Below, piece after piece: positions 1 through 10,276 of a stretch of DNA of 64,000 nt (positions within the stretch are counted from its first letter, which is position 1; each line of letters starts with the position of its first letter). Below the pieces are notes generated by a model. The model saw only the letters and a program-made list of their open reading frames with translations. It did not search any database and was not told the DNA's origin. Source of the stretch: Verrucomicrobiia bacterium (GTDB taxonomy: Bacteria; Verrucomicrobiota; Verrucomicrobiia; Verrucomicrobiales; Akkermansiaceae); assembly GCA_030431475.1 (NCBI GenBank), contig JAUIJD010000004.1, positions 115,194 through 179,193 of the forward strand, written 5' to 3'. Position numbers and translations under genes: made by a program.

Positions 1-943
1 CGAGATAGTCGCCGTTCTCGTCCGGCTGCCACGGGAAGCCGTAGATCCGGTAGAAGCCCAGCACGTGGTCGATCCGGAAGACGTGGAAGATATCGACCAG
101 CTTGCCCACCCGCTGTCGCCACCACGGAAACCCCTCCCGCTCCATCTTCTCCCACCGGTAGAGCGGGATGCCCCAGTTCTGCCCCCATTTCCGGATGAAG
201 GCGTCGTGCTTGAACACGGTCTCCGGCGGCGCGCCGCCACACCAATCCAGATCGAAGTCGTCGCGACCGAAGAACACGTCGGCCGAGTTGCGGCTCACGC
301 CGATGGGAATGTCCCCCATCAGCTTCACCCCGCGCGCGTCGGCGTGCCGCCGGACTTCCCGCCACTGGCGGAAACACAGCCACTGGACCCATTCGAAATA
401 GCGGCACAACTCCCCTTTTCCGGCGAGCACCTCCCCGGCGCCTTCGACCAACTGCCACGCCTCGGGCCATTGATCCCACTTCTCGGTGCCCGCGAGTTCG
501 ACCAGCGCGCGGAAGGCGGCGAACTCCGGAAGCCAGCCCGACTCCGCCTCGCGAAAGGCTTCGAATTCACGATGAAATTCCTCCGAGGCGTCTTCCCAGC
601 CCTTCCACGCGCCCTCAAGCAGGCGATTCTTCCGTCGCCGGACCTCCCCGTAGTCGACCGGCGCCCGGTCATCCACGACCATTCCAGCGAGAGCGGTTTC
701 GTCGACTCCGGGAACGTCCTCCATCGCCAGGTAGATCGGATCGAGTGCCACCGACGAAATCGCGTTGTACGGGCTGTCGTCCGACCCGGTCTCGTTGATC
801 GGTAGAAGCTGGATCAGCCCGACCTCGTGCCCGGCCACCAACTCGATCCACTCGATCATCGACCGGGTGTCGCCGATGCCGAGCCCGCCCTCGCGGACCA
901 GCGAGAACGCGGGAAGCAGGATGGCCGCCTGTCGGGTTCCCAT
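1..943 (-). CDS. malQ: 4-alpha-glucanotransferase (amylomaltase), partial; runs off the left edge
   Basis: Manual translation from ATG at 943: MGTRQAAILLPAFSLVREGGLGIGD..IQLLPINETG..SPYNAISSVALDP..LMGDIPI, typical GH77 motifs. Not in the ORF track because there is no stop in the window. Confidence 0.85.
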   Translation of the reverse strand, partial: MGTRQAAILLPAFSLVREGGLGIGDTRSMIEWIELVAGHEVGLIQLLPINETGSDDSPYNAISSVALDPIYLAMEDVPGVDETALAGMVVDDRAPVDYGEVRRRKNRLLEGAWKGWEDASEEFHREFEAFREAESGWLPEFAAFRALVELAGTEKWDQWPEAWQLVEGAGEVLAGKGELCRYFEWVQWLCFRQWREVRRHADARGVKLMGDIPIGVSRNSADVFFGRDDFDLDWCGGAPPETVFKHDAFIRKWGQNWGIPLYRWEKMEREGFPWWRQRVGKLVDIFHVFRIDHVLGFYRIYGFPWQPDENGDYL

Positions 944-949
944 GACGGT

Positions 950-1549
950 TCAGGATTTCGGGGCGATCCGAATGCAGTCCATCTCGACCTCGACGCCGAG
1001 GTCCGGCCGTTGTTCGGCGACCCAGGCCTCGATGTCGCTCACCGCCGGGTAATCCTCTCCGCCGACGTTCCGGAAACAGCGGGCGTCGTCGATGAGGACC
1101 ACGAACGGCTCCTTCATCCCGGCGAAGATCGCCTTCAGCTCCGGCCACACCGGGGCGGCGAGCTCGCCCTTGGCGGTGTCGCCCCCGGAATAGTGCCCGT
1201 CGAGCCAGAACAGCGTCGGCGCGTCGAGCTTCGCGACCACCTCCGGCATCCGCTGGCCGCTGTCGCCGTGAAGCAACTCGACCTTCGACACGCCCGAGAA
1301 CCGGCGCTTCGCCTCCTCGTAGAACTTGTCCGCCAGCTCGATGGAGTAGATCCGCTCGAAGTGGGGGCGCATCGACTCCACCGTGTCTCCCTTGAAGGTC
1401 CCGGTCTCGACGAAAAGCTTGAGATCGAACCGCCTCGCGTAGTCGAGGTGCATCTCGCGCTTGGCCAACGGCGGTGGCGGCACCGGCCGACCATCCGCGA
1501 TCCACTTCTTGTACTTGCGGCGCTCCTTGAGCTGTTTGAAGAACGACAT
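950..1549 (-). CDS. Putative class I SAM-dependent methyltransferase
   Basis: FVETGTFKGDT (motif I-like), YSIELAD, LHGDS, FWLDGHYSGG; start placed at MSFF (ORF track extends to 1561). Confidence 0.65.
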   Translation of the reverse strand: MSFFKQLKERRKYKKWIADGRPVPPPPLAKREMHLDYARRFDLKLFVETGTFKGDTVESMRPHFERIYSIELADKFYEEAKRRFSGVSKVELLHGDSGQRMPEVVAKLDAPTLFWLDGHYSGGDTAKGELAAPVWPELKAIFAGMKEPFVVLIDDARCFRNVGGEDYPAVSDIEAWVAEQRPDLGVEVEMDCIRIAPKS

Positions 1550-1659
1550 CTTGCTCGGCACAGGCTAGGAACCGCCGACGCCGCGTCCAAGCGCATTCTC
1601 CGCCCCGGCGAACAGCATTCGCACTTGCCCTCGCCCCCGCTTCCACACCCAACTCCGGC

Positions 1660-2484
1660 GTGCTCTTCGGCCGGGAAAAGCCCACCTATCTGACCTGCCG
1701 CGGCCGCGACGACGGCGGCGGCGCCCAGATTTCGGCCTGCATTTCCACCATGATCGCCGCCCGACTCCGGGGCGTCGACTACGCCCACAGCCCGCTCGAG
1801 CAGGTGGCGCATGCCCCGGAGGGCGTCGACGAAGTTCAGTGGGGGCAGCGTTGGGAAGCGTTCTTTTCGCTCGGCGACGGCGAGCTTTCGGCCGGGGAAC
1901 TGACCGACCTTCCCCTCCACCCGCTCGCCAAGCCGCACCGGCGGCGGCCGAAACGGGGATGCCTCAACGTCGTCGCCCACTGCCACAAGCTGACCGACGC
2001 CCACCCGGACGCGTGGGCCGAGATCGTGCCCGAGCTGCGGCGAAAATATCAACTGAGCCCGAAGCCCGTGCCTCCCGGCTTCGAAGCGGGCCTCACCCAC
2101 ATCGCCGTCCACCTGCGCCGCGGCGACGTCACCTCCGACGGCCAGTTCGCCGAGCGCTTCAGCCCCGCTTCCCGCATCGTCCCGGAGCTGAGGCGGCGGA
2201 TCGGATCGATCGGGCCGGACCGGTGCCGCGTCCACCTCTATTCGCAGGGCGCTCCCGAGGACTTCCCGGAGCTCGATGAGTTCCCGCTGCGACTCCACCT
2301 CGACGAAGACCCCTTCGTTTCCTTCCACGGCATGGTGGAGGCCGACGTGCTGTTCACCGCGATCAGCACCTTCAGCTATCTTGCCGGCGTGCTCGGACGC
2401 GGCGAGGTGGTCTACCAACCCTTCTGGCACCCGCCCCTTTCCGGCTGGAAGGTCCTGCCCGGCGATCAGACCGGCGCCTCGTAA
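1660..2484 (+). CDS. GT11/GT23-like glycosyltransferase (putative fucosyltransferase)
   Basis: DGGGAQ N-terminal loop, IAVHLRRGD (HxRRxD nucleotide-sugar binding motif), STFSYLAG; start codon uncertain. Confidence 0.6.
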   Translation: MLFGREKPTYLTCRGRDDGGGAQISACISTMIAARLRGVDYAHSPLEQVAHAPEGVDEVQWGQRWEAFFSLGDGELSAGELTDLPLHPLAKPHRRRPKRGCLNVVAHCHKLTDAHPDAWAEIVPELRRKYQLSPKPVPPGFEAGLTHIAVHLRRGDVTSDGQFAERFSPASRIVPELRRRIGSIGPDRCRVHLYSQGAPEDFPELDEFPLRLHLDEDPFVSFHGMVEADVLFTAISTFSYLAGVLGRGEVVYQPFWHPPLSGWKVLPGDQTGAS

Positions 2485-3077
2485 CCGAAGTAGTCCACCT
2501 CGTCGGCAAAACGCTCGCCGACCCAGTCGCTCAAACTACGATCGTAGTAATCGGCCGCCCCGCCTCGCTCGGATCGATTGCGCACCGGAAGCTCGACCCG
2601 GGGAATCCCGATCCGGTCGCAGACCTCGCCGAAGTCCGCGTTCAGGTTCTCGAAGCGCACGATGAAGTCCACATTGTCGAAGGGCGACGCGCCGTCCTGG
2701 TCGCCCAGCGTGAAGTAGTCCCGAAGCGGCTTCACCTGCTTCTCGACGAACTTGCGGAACTTTCGCGGGCTCCACGTCGCCTCCCGTCGGTGCGGCGAGA
2801 AGTAGAAGGAAATCAACCGATCCCACGGATTGCGCACGACCGCGAACTTGAACAATCCGGAAAAGGTATCCGGCCCCAACTCCCGGGCGTAATCCGCGAG
2901 AACCGAGTGCTTCTCGAGGTCCCGGTCCCCGGAGCGGACCTCGAATCGCTCGACCCCGTCCTGACCTCCGGCCGCCACGATCTCATCCTCGGAGTACTCG
3001 CGCAGGATGTTCTGGATCGAGTTGCCCGCGGTTTTCGGGATGTGGACAAAAAGAAAGTTTTGTCGCGTCGAGATCAT
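2466..3077 (-). CDS. Sulfotransferase (Sulfotransfer_2 family)
   Basis: 5'-PSB FVHIPKTAGNSI and 3'-PB FAVVRNPWDRLISFY motifs, DFIVRFENL. Confidence 0.85.
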   Translation of the reverse strand: MISTRQNFLFVHIPKTAGNSIQNILREYSEDEIVAAGGQDGVERFEVRSGDRDLEKHSVLADYARELGPDTFSGLFKFAVVRNPWDRLISFYFSPHRREATWSPRKFRKFVEKQVKPLRDYFTLGDQDGASPFDNVDFIVRFENLNADFGEVCDRIGIPRVELPVRNRSERGGAADYYDRSLSDWVGERFADEVDYFGYEAPV

Positions 3078-3122
3078 GAGACCGACTCTCATCGTCCGCC
3101 CGCCCAGGGTCAAGCCACCCCC

Positions 3123-4094
3123 TCACCGAAACTGGACGTCGTAGCCATGCTCGCGGGAGAAACGGCGGGCGAACCGGGGCAGCCAGGTCGGACGCAGGAT
3201 GCGGCGCCGGCGCCTCCTGCCCGCCGTCATCGCGTCGAGCACCCCGTCGAGGACCCCACCGCGCCACCATGGGGCCGATGCCAGACCAGGAGGAAACTCG
3301 TAGCCCAGTTCCCCGAGCCACGCCGCCCGTTCGGCCGTCCAGTAGCGGCGACACCAGCGGCGCCGATACCAGTTGTCCACGGCTCCCTTCCACTTCTCGG
3401 AACTGTCCGCCGACACCTTGCGGTAGTCCTTCACCCCGGTCGAGTCCCCCAGCGTGCCTCCGGCCGACTCCGGCAACTCGGCGGTGGCCGACTCCGCCAG
3501 CTCCGGCCAACCCAGATAGGCCCCGAGTCGCCCGAGCTCCGCCTCCGGGTCGGCGACGAGATCCTCATAGCGGACCTCGCAGACTTCGTCCCGGTGGTCC
3601 GCGGCGAACCGGCGGAGGCGTTCGAGACCCTCGTGGAGGTCGATGCCGAACTCCTCCGGACACCAGCGGCCCCGGCGGTAGGTCGAGGACATCGAGGCCG
3701 CGACGGCCAGCGGATGACGCCACAGCACGATGAACTTTGCCTCCGGAAACGCCTTCCGGATCTCCTCCGCGATCAGCGTGTAGCGGGGCGTCTTGTCGAG
3801 GAACCATTCCTTGTCGCCGGCCAAGCCGTCGTAGATTCCCTGCATCAGCGACGCCACCCCGCCGCGGTAGCTCGCATCGAAACCGGGCCAGACCTTGCGG
3901 AGGTCGGCTTCGGCCGTTTCGACCAGCGACTCCCAGTACGTCGCCCGGCGCTGGATCACCTCATCCCCACCGAGGAACCGGAGGAGAAGACTCGGCTCGC
4001 CCAGCGTCGCACAACGCCCGCCAGCCAGCAGCAACCGTTGCAGCAATGTCGATCCCGCCCGGGGAAGCGAGAGGAGAAAAATCGGTCGCGCCAT
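3123..4094 (-). CDS. Sulfotransferase (Sulfotransfer_1/3 family)
   Basis: [44 protein letters not shown]. Confidence 0.85.
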   Translation of the reverse strand: MARPIFLLSLPRAGSTLLQRLLLAGGRCATLGEPSLLLRFLGGDEVIQRRATYWESLVETAEADLRKVWPGFDASYRGGVASLMQGIYDGLAGDKEWFLDKTPRYTLIAEEIRKAFPEAKFIVLWRHPLAVAASMSSTYRRGRWCPEEFGIDLHEGLERLRRFAADHRDEVCEVRYEDLVADPEAELGRLGAYLGWPELAESATAELPESAGGTLGDSTGVKDYRKVSADSSEKWKGAVDNWYRRRWCRRYWTAERAAWLGELGYEFPPGLASAPWWRGGVLDGVLDAMTAGRRRRRRILRPTWLPRFARRFSREHGYDVQFR

Positions 4095-4213
4095 GGTCCG
4101 TCACCATCACGGAGAGCTGACCCCGACAGGTCAAGCACCGGCACACGATTCCTCTTGCCCTGCCCTTGTCTCCGGCGGTGGTATCGGCGCACGCCGAACG
4201 AGGCCTCAAGGGT

Positions 4214-5284
4214 ATGAAGCTGATTGTCACGGGAGGGAGCGGATTCATCGGCAGCGCGATGGTCCGGCAGGCCCTTGCCGACGGTCACGAGGTCCTCAAC
4301 CTCGACAAGCTGACCTACGCGGCGAACCCCGCCTCTCTGGCCGACTTCGAGGACAATCCCCGCTACCATTTCGTGCAGGCGGATGTTGCCGATGCCACGG
4401 CCGTGGACCGGACATTCGAGAGATTCCGGCCCGACGCCCTCGTCCACCTTGCCGCCGAGTCGCACGTCGACCGTTCCATCGACCACTCCCGCGACTTCAT
4501 CGAGACCAATGTCGTCGGCACGCACGTCCTGCTGGAGGCCGCCCGCCGCCACGTCGACGGTCTGCCGTCCGGCCCCCGTGGGCGGTTCCGTTTCGTCCAC
4601 GTCTCGACCGACGAGGTCTTCGGAGACCTGGGCGAATCCGGCGGTGCCTTCACCGAGGAAACCCCCTACTCGCCCCGCTCCCCCTACTCGGCAAGCAAGG
4701 CGGCATCGGATCACCTGGTCCGGGCGTGGGGGCACACCTACGGACTTCCGGTGCTGATCACCAACTGCTCCAACAACTACGGCCCGCGCCAGTTTCCCGA
4801 GAAGCTGATCCCCCACATGATCCTCAACGCCCTCGCCGGCCGACCGCTGCCGGTCTATGGCGACGGCTCCCAGGTCCGCGACTGGTTGTTCGTCGAGGAT
4901 CACGCCCGGGCCCTGCTCGCGGTCCTCGACCACGGAAAGGCGGGCGAGACCTATGCGATCGGTGGCCGCTGCGAACAACGGAACATCGACCTTGTCCACC
5001 GCATCTGCGACCTGCTCGACGAGATGAGGCCCGAGCGGCGCCCCGAGGCCCACGGGTCGTTCCGGGGCCTCATCGAGTTCGTCGAGGATCGTCCCGGCCA
5101 CGACCGCCGCTACGCCATCGACTGTTCACGGATCGAAACGGAACTCGGATGGCAGCCGACCACCCGCTTCGACGAGGGCCTGCGTCGCACGGTCCGCTGG
5201 TACCTCGACCACGAGTCCTGGTGGCGCCCCATCCTCGAAGGATCCTACCAGCTCGAACGCATCGGAACCTCCGACCGGTCATGA
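4214..5284 (+). CDS. rfbB: dTDP-glucose 4,6-dehydratase
   Basis: [69 protein letters not shown]. Confidence 0.95.
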   Translation: MKLIVTGGSGFIGSAMVRQALADGHEVLNLDKLTYAANPASLADFEDNPRYHFVQADVADATAVDRTFERFRPDALVHLAAESHVDRSIDHSRDFIETNVVGTHVLLEAARRHVDGLPSGPRGRFRFVHVSTDEVFGDLGESGGAFTEETPYSPRSPYSASKAASDHLVRAWGHTYGLPVLITNCSNNYGPRQFPEKLIPHMILNALAGRPLPVYGDGSQVRDWLFVEDHARALLAVLDHGKAGETYAIGGRCEQRNIDLVHRICDLLDEMRPERRPEAHGSFRGLIEFVEDRPGHDRRYAIDCSRIETELGWQPTTRFDEGLRRTVRWYLDHESWWRPILEGSYQLERIGTSDRS

Positions 5285-6150
5285 AAGGCATCATTCTCGC
5301 AGGCGGTTCCGGCACCCGGCTCCAGCCGGTGACCCAGGTCATTTCGAAGCAGCTTCTGCCCGTCTACGACAAGCCGATGATCCACTATCCGGTGTCGGTG
5401 CTGTTGCTTGCCGGCATCCGCGAGATCCTGATCATCTCCACCCCCCGCGACCTTCCTCTCTTCCGAGAGCTGCTGGGCGACGGATCCCGGCTCGGCTGCC
5501 GCTTCGAATACGCCGCACAAGCCGAACCCAAGGGCCTTGCGGAGGCCTTTACGATCGGTGCCGACTTCATCGCCGACGATTCCGTCGCGCTCATCCTCGG
5601 GGACAACATCTTCTACGGCTCCGGCTTCGGACAGCTCGTCCGGCAGCACACCGCCCCGGACGGCGCGGTGATCTTCGCCGCTCCGGTCCACGATCCGGAG
5701 CGATACGGAGTCGTCGAATTCGACCAGGATCGCAAGGTGCTCTCGATCGAGGAGAAGCCCGCTTCGCCGAAGTCCAACTTCGCCGTCCCGGGCCTCTATT
5801 TCTACGACAATGAGGTGATCGACATCGCCCGCTCGGTCGAGCCCTCGCTCCGCGGCGAACTGGAGATCACGTCGATCAATCAATGCTATCTCGAGCGGGG
5901 CAGGTTGAAGGTCGGCGTCTTCAACCGGGGCATCGCCTGGCTGGACACCGGCACCTTCGCCTCGCTCAACGAGGCCTCCACCTTCGTTCGCGTGATCGAG
6001 GAGCGGCAGGGAACCAAGATCGGCTGCATTGAGGAGGTTGCCTATTACTCGGGCTTCATCGACTCCGCCCAACTGCACCGTCTCGCCGACTCCTTCCCGA
6101 ACAGCAGCTATGGCGACTACCTCCGGGGCATCGCCGCCAACACCCGATGA
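5281..6150 (+). CDS. rfbA: Glucose-1-phosphate thymidylyltransferase
   Basis: [51 protein letters not shown]; ATGA overlap with rfbB. Confidence 0.95.
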   Translation: MKGIILAGGSGTRLQPVTQVISKQLLPVYDKPMIHYPVSVLLLAGIREILIISTPRDLPLFRELLGDGSRLGCRFEYAAQAEPKGLAEAFTIGADFIADDSVALILGDNIFYGSGFGQLVRQHTAPDGAVIFAAPVHDPERYGVVEFDQDRKVLSIEEKPASPKSNFAVPGLYFYDNEVIDIARSVEPSLRGELEITSINQCYLERGRLKVGVFNRGIAWLDTGTFASLNEASTFVRVIEERQGTKIGCIEEVAYYSGFIDSAQLHRLADSFPNSSYGDYLRGIAANTR

Positions 6151-6154
6151 CCCC

Positions 6155-7237
6155 ATGTTCTCCAGGCAACTCCTGCAAAGACTCTGCCGGGCCCAGGCCG
6201 AATTCCACCGCGACAATCACGACGTCCTCCGCTTCGGCCGCCAGCCCCTGAGCCGGCGCGTGAAGGAAACGCTGCGCGCGAAGCTCGGCGTGGTGGGTCC
6301 GGAGCGGCTGGCGAAACGGATGAAGACCCTCGAGCCGCACCTCGACGGCCTCGAGCACACCTGGGAGCTGCTCGCGGATGACGACTCACGGCGGCTTCTC
6401 GTCGAACTGATCGCCTACCGGTTGCTCGGGTTCCGCCACGTGAAGCTCGCGACCAACACACCGGCGTATCAGAACGAGCTCGAGAGGCACGTCGCGATCG
6501 ACCGCGCGATCGAGGACCGCATCGACACCGGGTTTCGCGATTTCACGCTGGCCCGCCGTCGTCTCGACGACATGGATCTCGATCTCGAGCTCTACATCCG
6601 TCCACCGGCCCTGATGGCCCAGGTCTTCCTCGGCCAGTATCACTACGAGCGGGGCGACACCTTGATTACCGTCGAACCCGGCGACGTGGTCATCGATGCC
6701 GGCGCCTGCTGGGGCGAGACGGCGCTGTTTTTCGCGGATCGAGCCGGAGCGGGTGGGCGCGTCTTCAGCTTCGAGTTCGTCCCGAGCAACCTGGAGATCT
6801 TCCGGCGGAACCTCGAGCTCAATCCCAAGGTGGCGGAGAGAATCCGGGTGGTCGAGCGCCCCCTCTGGTCCACCAGCGAAGGACAACTGCACTTCAAGGA
6901 CAAGGGTCCGGGCTCCAGCGTCAGCTCCGAGCCCTTCAAGGGGGAGGACGGGGTCGTGGAACTCAAGACCATCGACGAACTCGTCGAGGAAGAGTCCCTG
7001 GAGCGGCTCTCTTTCATCAAGATGGACATCGAAGGCGCCGAGCTCGACGCCCTGAAGGGCGCCGAGGCCGCGATCCGCCGTTTCCGACCGAAGCTGGCCA
7101 TCTCCCTCTACCACTCGCTGGCCGACTTCCACACCATCCCCGCGTGGATCGAGAGGCTCGACCTCGGCTACCGGTTCCATCTGAAACACGCCACCATCCA
7201 CGCGGAGGAAACGGTCCTCTTCGCCACGGCCCGATGA
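6155..7237 (+). CDS. FkbM family methyltransferase
   Basis: VVIDAGACWGET, VFSFE, TIDELV, FIKMDIEGAELDALKGA, PKLAISLYH. Confidence 0.88.
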   Translation: MFSRQLLQRLCRAQAEFHRDNHDVLRFGRQPLSRRVKETLRAKLGVVGPERLAKRMKTLEPHLDGLEHTWELLADDDSRRLLVELIAYRLLGFRHVKLATNTPAYQNELERHVAIDRAIEDRIDTGFRDFTLARRRLDDMDLDLELYIRPPALMAQVFLGQYHYERGDTLITVEPGDVVIDAGACWGETALFFADRAGAGGRVFSFEFVPSNLEIFRRNLELNPKVAERIRVVERPLWSTSEGQLHFKDKGPGSSVSSEPFKGEDGVVELKTIDELVEEESLERLSFIKMDIEGAELDALKGAEAAIRRFRPKLAISLYHSLADFHTIPAWIERLDLGYRFHLKHATIHAEETVLFATAR

Positions 7238-8361
7238 CCCCACCCGCTTCCCAGAGCCAGCCCGACCGGATCGAGGTGACCCGTCCGCACCTTCCGTCGT
7301 TCGACAAGTTCGTCGAGCTGGCCCGGGGCATCTGGGACTGCGACATCCTCACCAACCAGGGCCCCCTGCTGCGCCGCTACGAGGACGAACTCGCGACTCA
7401 CCTCGGCTGCGAGGCGGACCTCGTCTGCGTCGCGAACGGCGGGCTCGCGCTGCAGATCCTCCTCCGGGCGCTCGACATCCGCGGCGAACTCATCACCACG
7501 CCCTTCTCCTACGTCGCCACCACTGCCTGCCCGGTCTGGGAAGGTTGTCGGCCCCGCTTCGCCGACATCGACCCGGACAACCTCTGCCTCGACCCCGCCG
7601 CCGTCGAGGCAGGCATCACGTCGCGCACCGAGGCGATCCTGGCGACCCATGTCTTCGGGAATCCCGGCCACATCGAGGAGCTGGCGGCGCTCGGGAGGAA
7701 ACACGGCATCGCGGTGATCTTCGACGCCGCCCACGCCTTCGGCGTGAGGCACCGGGACCGCAGCATCCTCGACTACGGGGACGGCTCGATCGTGAGCCTG
7801 CACGCGACCAAGATGGTCCATTCCGGGGAGGGCGGCCTGATCGCCACCCGCGACGCCGACGTCGCCGAGCGGAGCGAGTGGATGCGCCGCTTCGGCCATG
7901 AGAACCCCCATGCCTTCCGCGGCGTCGGCATCAACGCCAAGATGTCCGAGCTGCATGCCGCGCTCGGTCTCTGCGTGCTGGAGGAGGCCGATGAGGTCCT
8001 CACCCGCCGCAAGCGTTCGGTCGATCGCTATCTCAAGGGTCTCGAACGGATTTCGGGCATTCGCTTCGCGACCGCACTGGACGCCGACACCGAGTGGAAC
8101 GCGGCCTACATGCCGGTGATCTTCGACGATGAGGCGGGACTTCTCCGGACGATCCGGCGTCTCGACGACCGGGGCTTCGGCACCCGGCGCTACTTTCACC
8201 CGTCGTTGGACCTGCTGGATCTCGCACCCGACGCTCCCACCACCTGCCCGTGCAGCCGGGAGATCTCGCAGCGCATCCTCTGCCTTCCGCTTTCCTCATC
8301 GATCGCCGACGAGCAGATCGACGCGGTTCTCGAAACCCTCGAAGTCGTTGCCGACGAATGA
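7234..8361 (+). CDS. DegT/DnrJ/EryC1/StrS PLP-dependent sugar aminotransferase (VioA-like)
   Basis: VTRPHLP..IW..LTNQGP, THVFGNP, FDAAHAFG, SLHATK, GINAKMSELHAALG, RRYFHP. Confidence 0.88.
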   Translation: MTPPASQSQPDRIEVTRPHLPSFDKFVELARGIWDCDILTNQGPLLRRYEDELATHLGCEADLVCVANGGLALQILLRALDIRGELITTPFSYVATTACPVWEGCRPRFADIDPDNLCLDPAAVEAGITSRTEAILATHVFGNPGHIEELAALGRKHGIAVIFDAAHAFGVRHRDRSILDYGDGSIVSLHATKMVHSGEGGLIATRDADVAERSEWMRRFGHENPHAFRGVGINAKMSELHAALGLCVLEEADEVLTRRKRSVDRYLKGLERISGIRFATALDADTEWNAAYMPVIFDDEAGLLRTIRRLDDRGFGTRRYFHPSLDLLDLAPDAPTTCPCSREISQRILCLPLSSSIADEQIDAVLETLEVVADE

Positions 8362-9209
8362 CGACCCTCCCGTCCCTGTTCGTGCTCGGAAGTCCCCGCA
8401 GCGGCACCACGGTGTTCCGCCTGATGCTCACCAGCCACCCGGAGATCTGCATTCCGCCGGAGTGCGGGTTCGCCCTCTGGTTGGCCGCTCGCCATGCCGG
8501 GGCCCCGTTTCCCGAGGCAACGGATGCCTTCCTTGACGACGTTGCGAGGTCGAAGAAGTTCGAAACCTGGGAGTTGTCGCGCGAAGCCTTGGCCGAAGAG
8601 GTCGCGCGCCATCCGCCCGGGTCCTACCCGGAAGCGACGGGCTGCGTTTATCGCGCCTATGCCCGCAAGCGCGGCCGGCCCGGGGCCATTCTCGGCGACA
8701 AGAACAACTTCTATGTCGATCACGTCGACACCCTCCGCGCCGTTTTCCCCGACGCGCGCGTCCACTGGATCACCCGCGACCCCCGCGACGTGTTCTGCTC
8801 GTGGCGCGACCTCGGCGCCCGCAAGATCGATCAGGCCTACGCCCCGCAACTCGCCACCGATCCAAACGAGTTCTGCTCCACCTGGTTGAAGGCTCACGTG
8901 GCGATGGAGACGGCCCACGACCACTTCGGCGGGCGCCTCCTGCACATCCGCTACGAAGACCTCGCCACCCGGCCCGAGAAGGTATTGACCCGCTGCTGCG
9001 ATCACCTCGATCTTCGTTTCGACCCCGAGATGCTCAACTTCCACTCCCGCTCCGACGAGCCGATCGACTTCCTCGCATGGAAAGAGAAGACGACCTCGCC
9101 GATCAACGCCTCGATGGTCGGGCGCCACCACACCGACCTCCCTGCTGCCGACCGGACCCGCATCGAGCAATCGCTCGGCCCCGCGATGGAGGCACTCGGC
9201 TACCTCTAG
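8358..9209 (+). CDS. Sulfotransferase
   Basis: FVLGSPRSGTTVFRLML, GDKNN, ITRDPRDV, IRYEDLATRPE; ATGA-coupled to the aminotransferase. Confidence 0.88.
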   Translation: MTTLPSLFVLGSPRSGTTVFRLMLTSHPEICIPPECGFALWLAARHAGAPFPEATDAFLDDVARSKKFETWELSREALAEEVARHPPGSYPEATGCVYRAYARKRGRPGAILGDKNNFYVDHVDTLRAVFPDARVHWITRDPRDVFCSWRDLGARKIDQAYAPQLATDPNEFCSTWLKAHVAMETAHDHFGGRLLHIRYEDLATRPEKVLTRCCDHLDLRFDPEMLNFHSRSDEPIDFLAWKEKTTSPINASMVGRHHTDLPAADRTRIEQSLGPAMEALGYL

Positions 9210-9227
9210 TTCGCTCCCACCCCTCTC

Positions 9228-10193
9228 GTGATGTCCTCCGACCGATCATCCGATCGTCCCGCGCCGATCATGATGACCACCTACCGGCGTCTCGATCATG
9301 TCCGCCGGAGCATCGCCGCGCTGGCACGCAATTCCCTCGCGAAGGAATCGGATCTCTACCTGACCTCGGACGGCCCCCTGGAGGCGCACCGGGACGAGGT
9401 CATGCAGGTCCGTGACCACCTCGCCGGCGTCAACGGCTTTCGCTCGGTCACGGTTCTCTCCCGCGATCGCAACGATCGCCTTGAGAACTGGCGGGTCCGT
9501 CGGCGGCTTCTGGCCGAGCACGGGCGTCTCATCTATCTGGAGGAAGACTGCGTCACGGCCCCCGGCTTCCTCTCCTACATCAACGCCGGCCTCGATCGCT
9601 ACGCCGCGGATCCCAGCGTTTTCTCGATTTCAGGTTACCTTCCCGAACTGCCCACCATTCCAAGGTCGCCATTTCGTCTCCTCCGCCTGAGACGCTTCAA
9701 CTCCTGGGGATATGGCATTTTCGACCGCTCGGAAGCCCTGGTTCGCTGCCGACCCGACCCCGGGGAATTCAACCGCCTGATCGATGACCGGAACTTCCGA
9801 AAAGCGGTCTCAAGGGACGTTGGCCTTCCTTGGTTCGGCATGCTTCGACGGGTCAGCCTTGGCGAAATCCTCGCTTTCGACGTCATGGCCAATCTCGAGA
9901 TCCTGAAGCGGCACCTCGACGTCATCCATCCCAGTCGCTCGCTGGTCTCCAACATCGGATTCGACGGCAGCGGCGAGCACTGTGGCAGCGCCAACCGCTT
10001 CGACACCGATCCCGAGCCGGGTATCGACCACCCGTGGTCCGGCCTCCCGGAAGACGCGTCACCCAAGGCCCGGCGGGCCCTCGCCCGCTTCTACACCCAC
10101 GGGTTCCGCCGCTATTGGAAGTTCCACACGAAGCGGCTCCGGGGACGCCTGCACCTTCCCGACAGCGCGAGGCCTCCCGACACGGTGCTGTGA
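9228..10193 (+). CDS. GT-A fold glycosyltransferase
   Basis: TTYRRLDH, SDGP, IYLEEDC (DxD-like), SISGY, NSWG, SLVSNIGFDGSGEH. Confidence 0.75.
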   Translation: MMSSDRSSDRPAPIMMTTYRRLDHVRRSIAALARNSLAKESDLYLTSDGPLEAHRDEVMQVRDHLAGVNGFRSVTVLSRDRNDRLENWRVRRRLLAEHGRLIYLEEDCVTAPGFLSYINAGLDRYAADPSVFSISGYLPELPTIPRSPFRLLRLRRFNSWGYGIFDRSEALVRCRPDPGEFNRLIDDRNFRKAVSRDVGLPWFGMLRRVSLGEILAFDVMANLEILKRHLDVIHPSRSLVSNIGFDGSGEHCGSANRFDTDPEPGIDHPWSGLPEDASPKARRALARFYTHGFRRYWKFHTKRLRGRLHLPDSARPPDTVL

Positions 10194-10276
10194 TGCCTCC
10201 GGCGTCGTTCCCATCCCTCGCCGCGACGCCGGGCGGGCGATTGACAGAGACCGGGACGCTACGCGATAAGCCCGCA

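Noticed and set aside
3895-5280. 751-aa ORF suggesting an N-terminally extended RfbA
   Set aside because: The true start is ATG 5281, overlapping the rfbB stop; the upstream portion is an off-frame read of rfbB.
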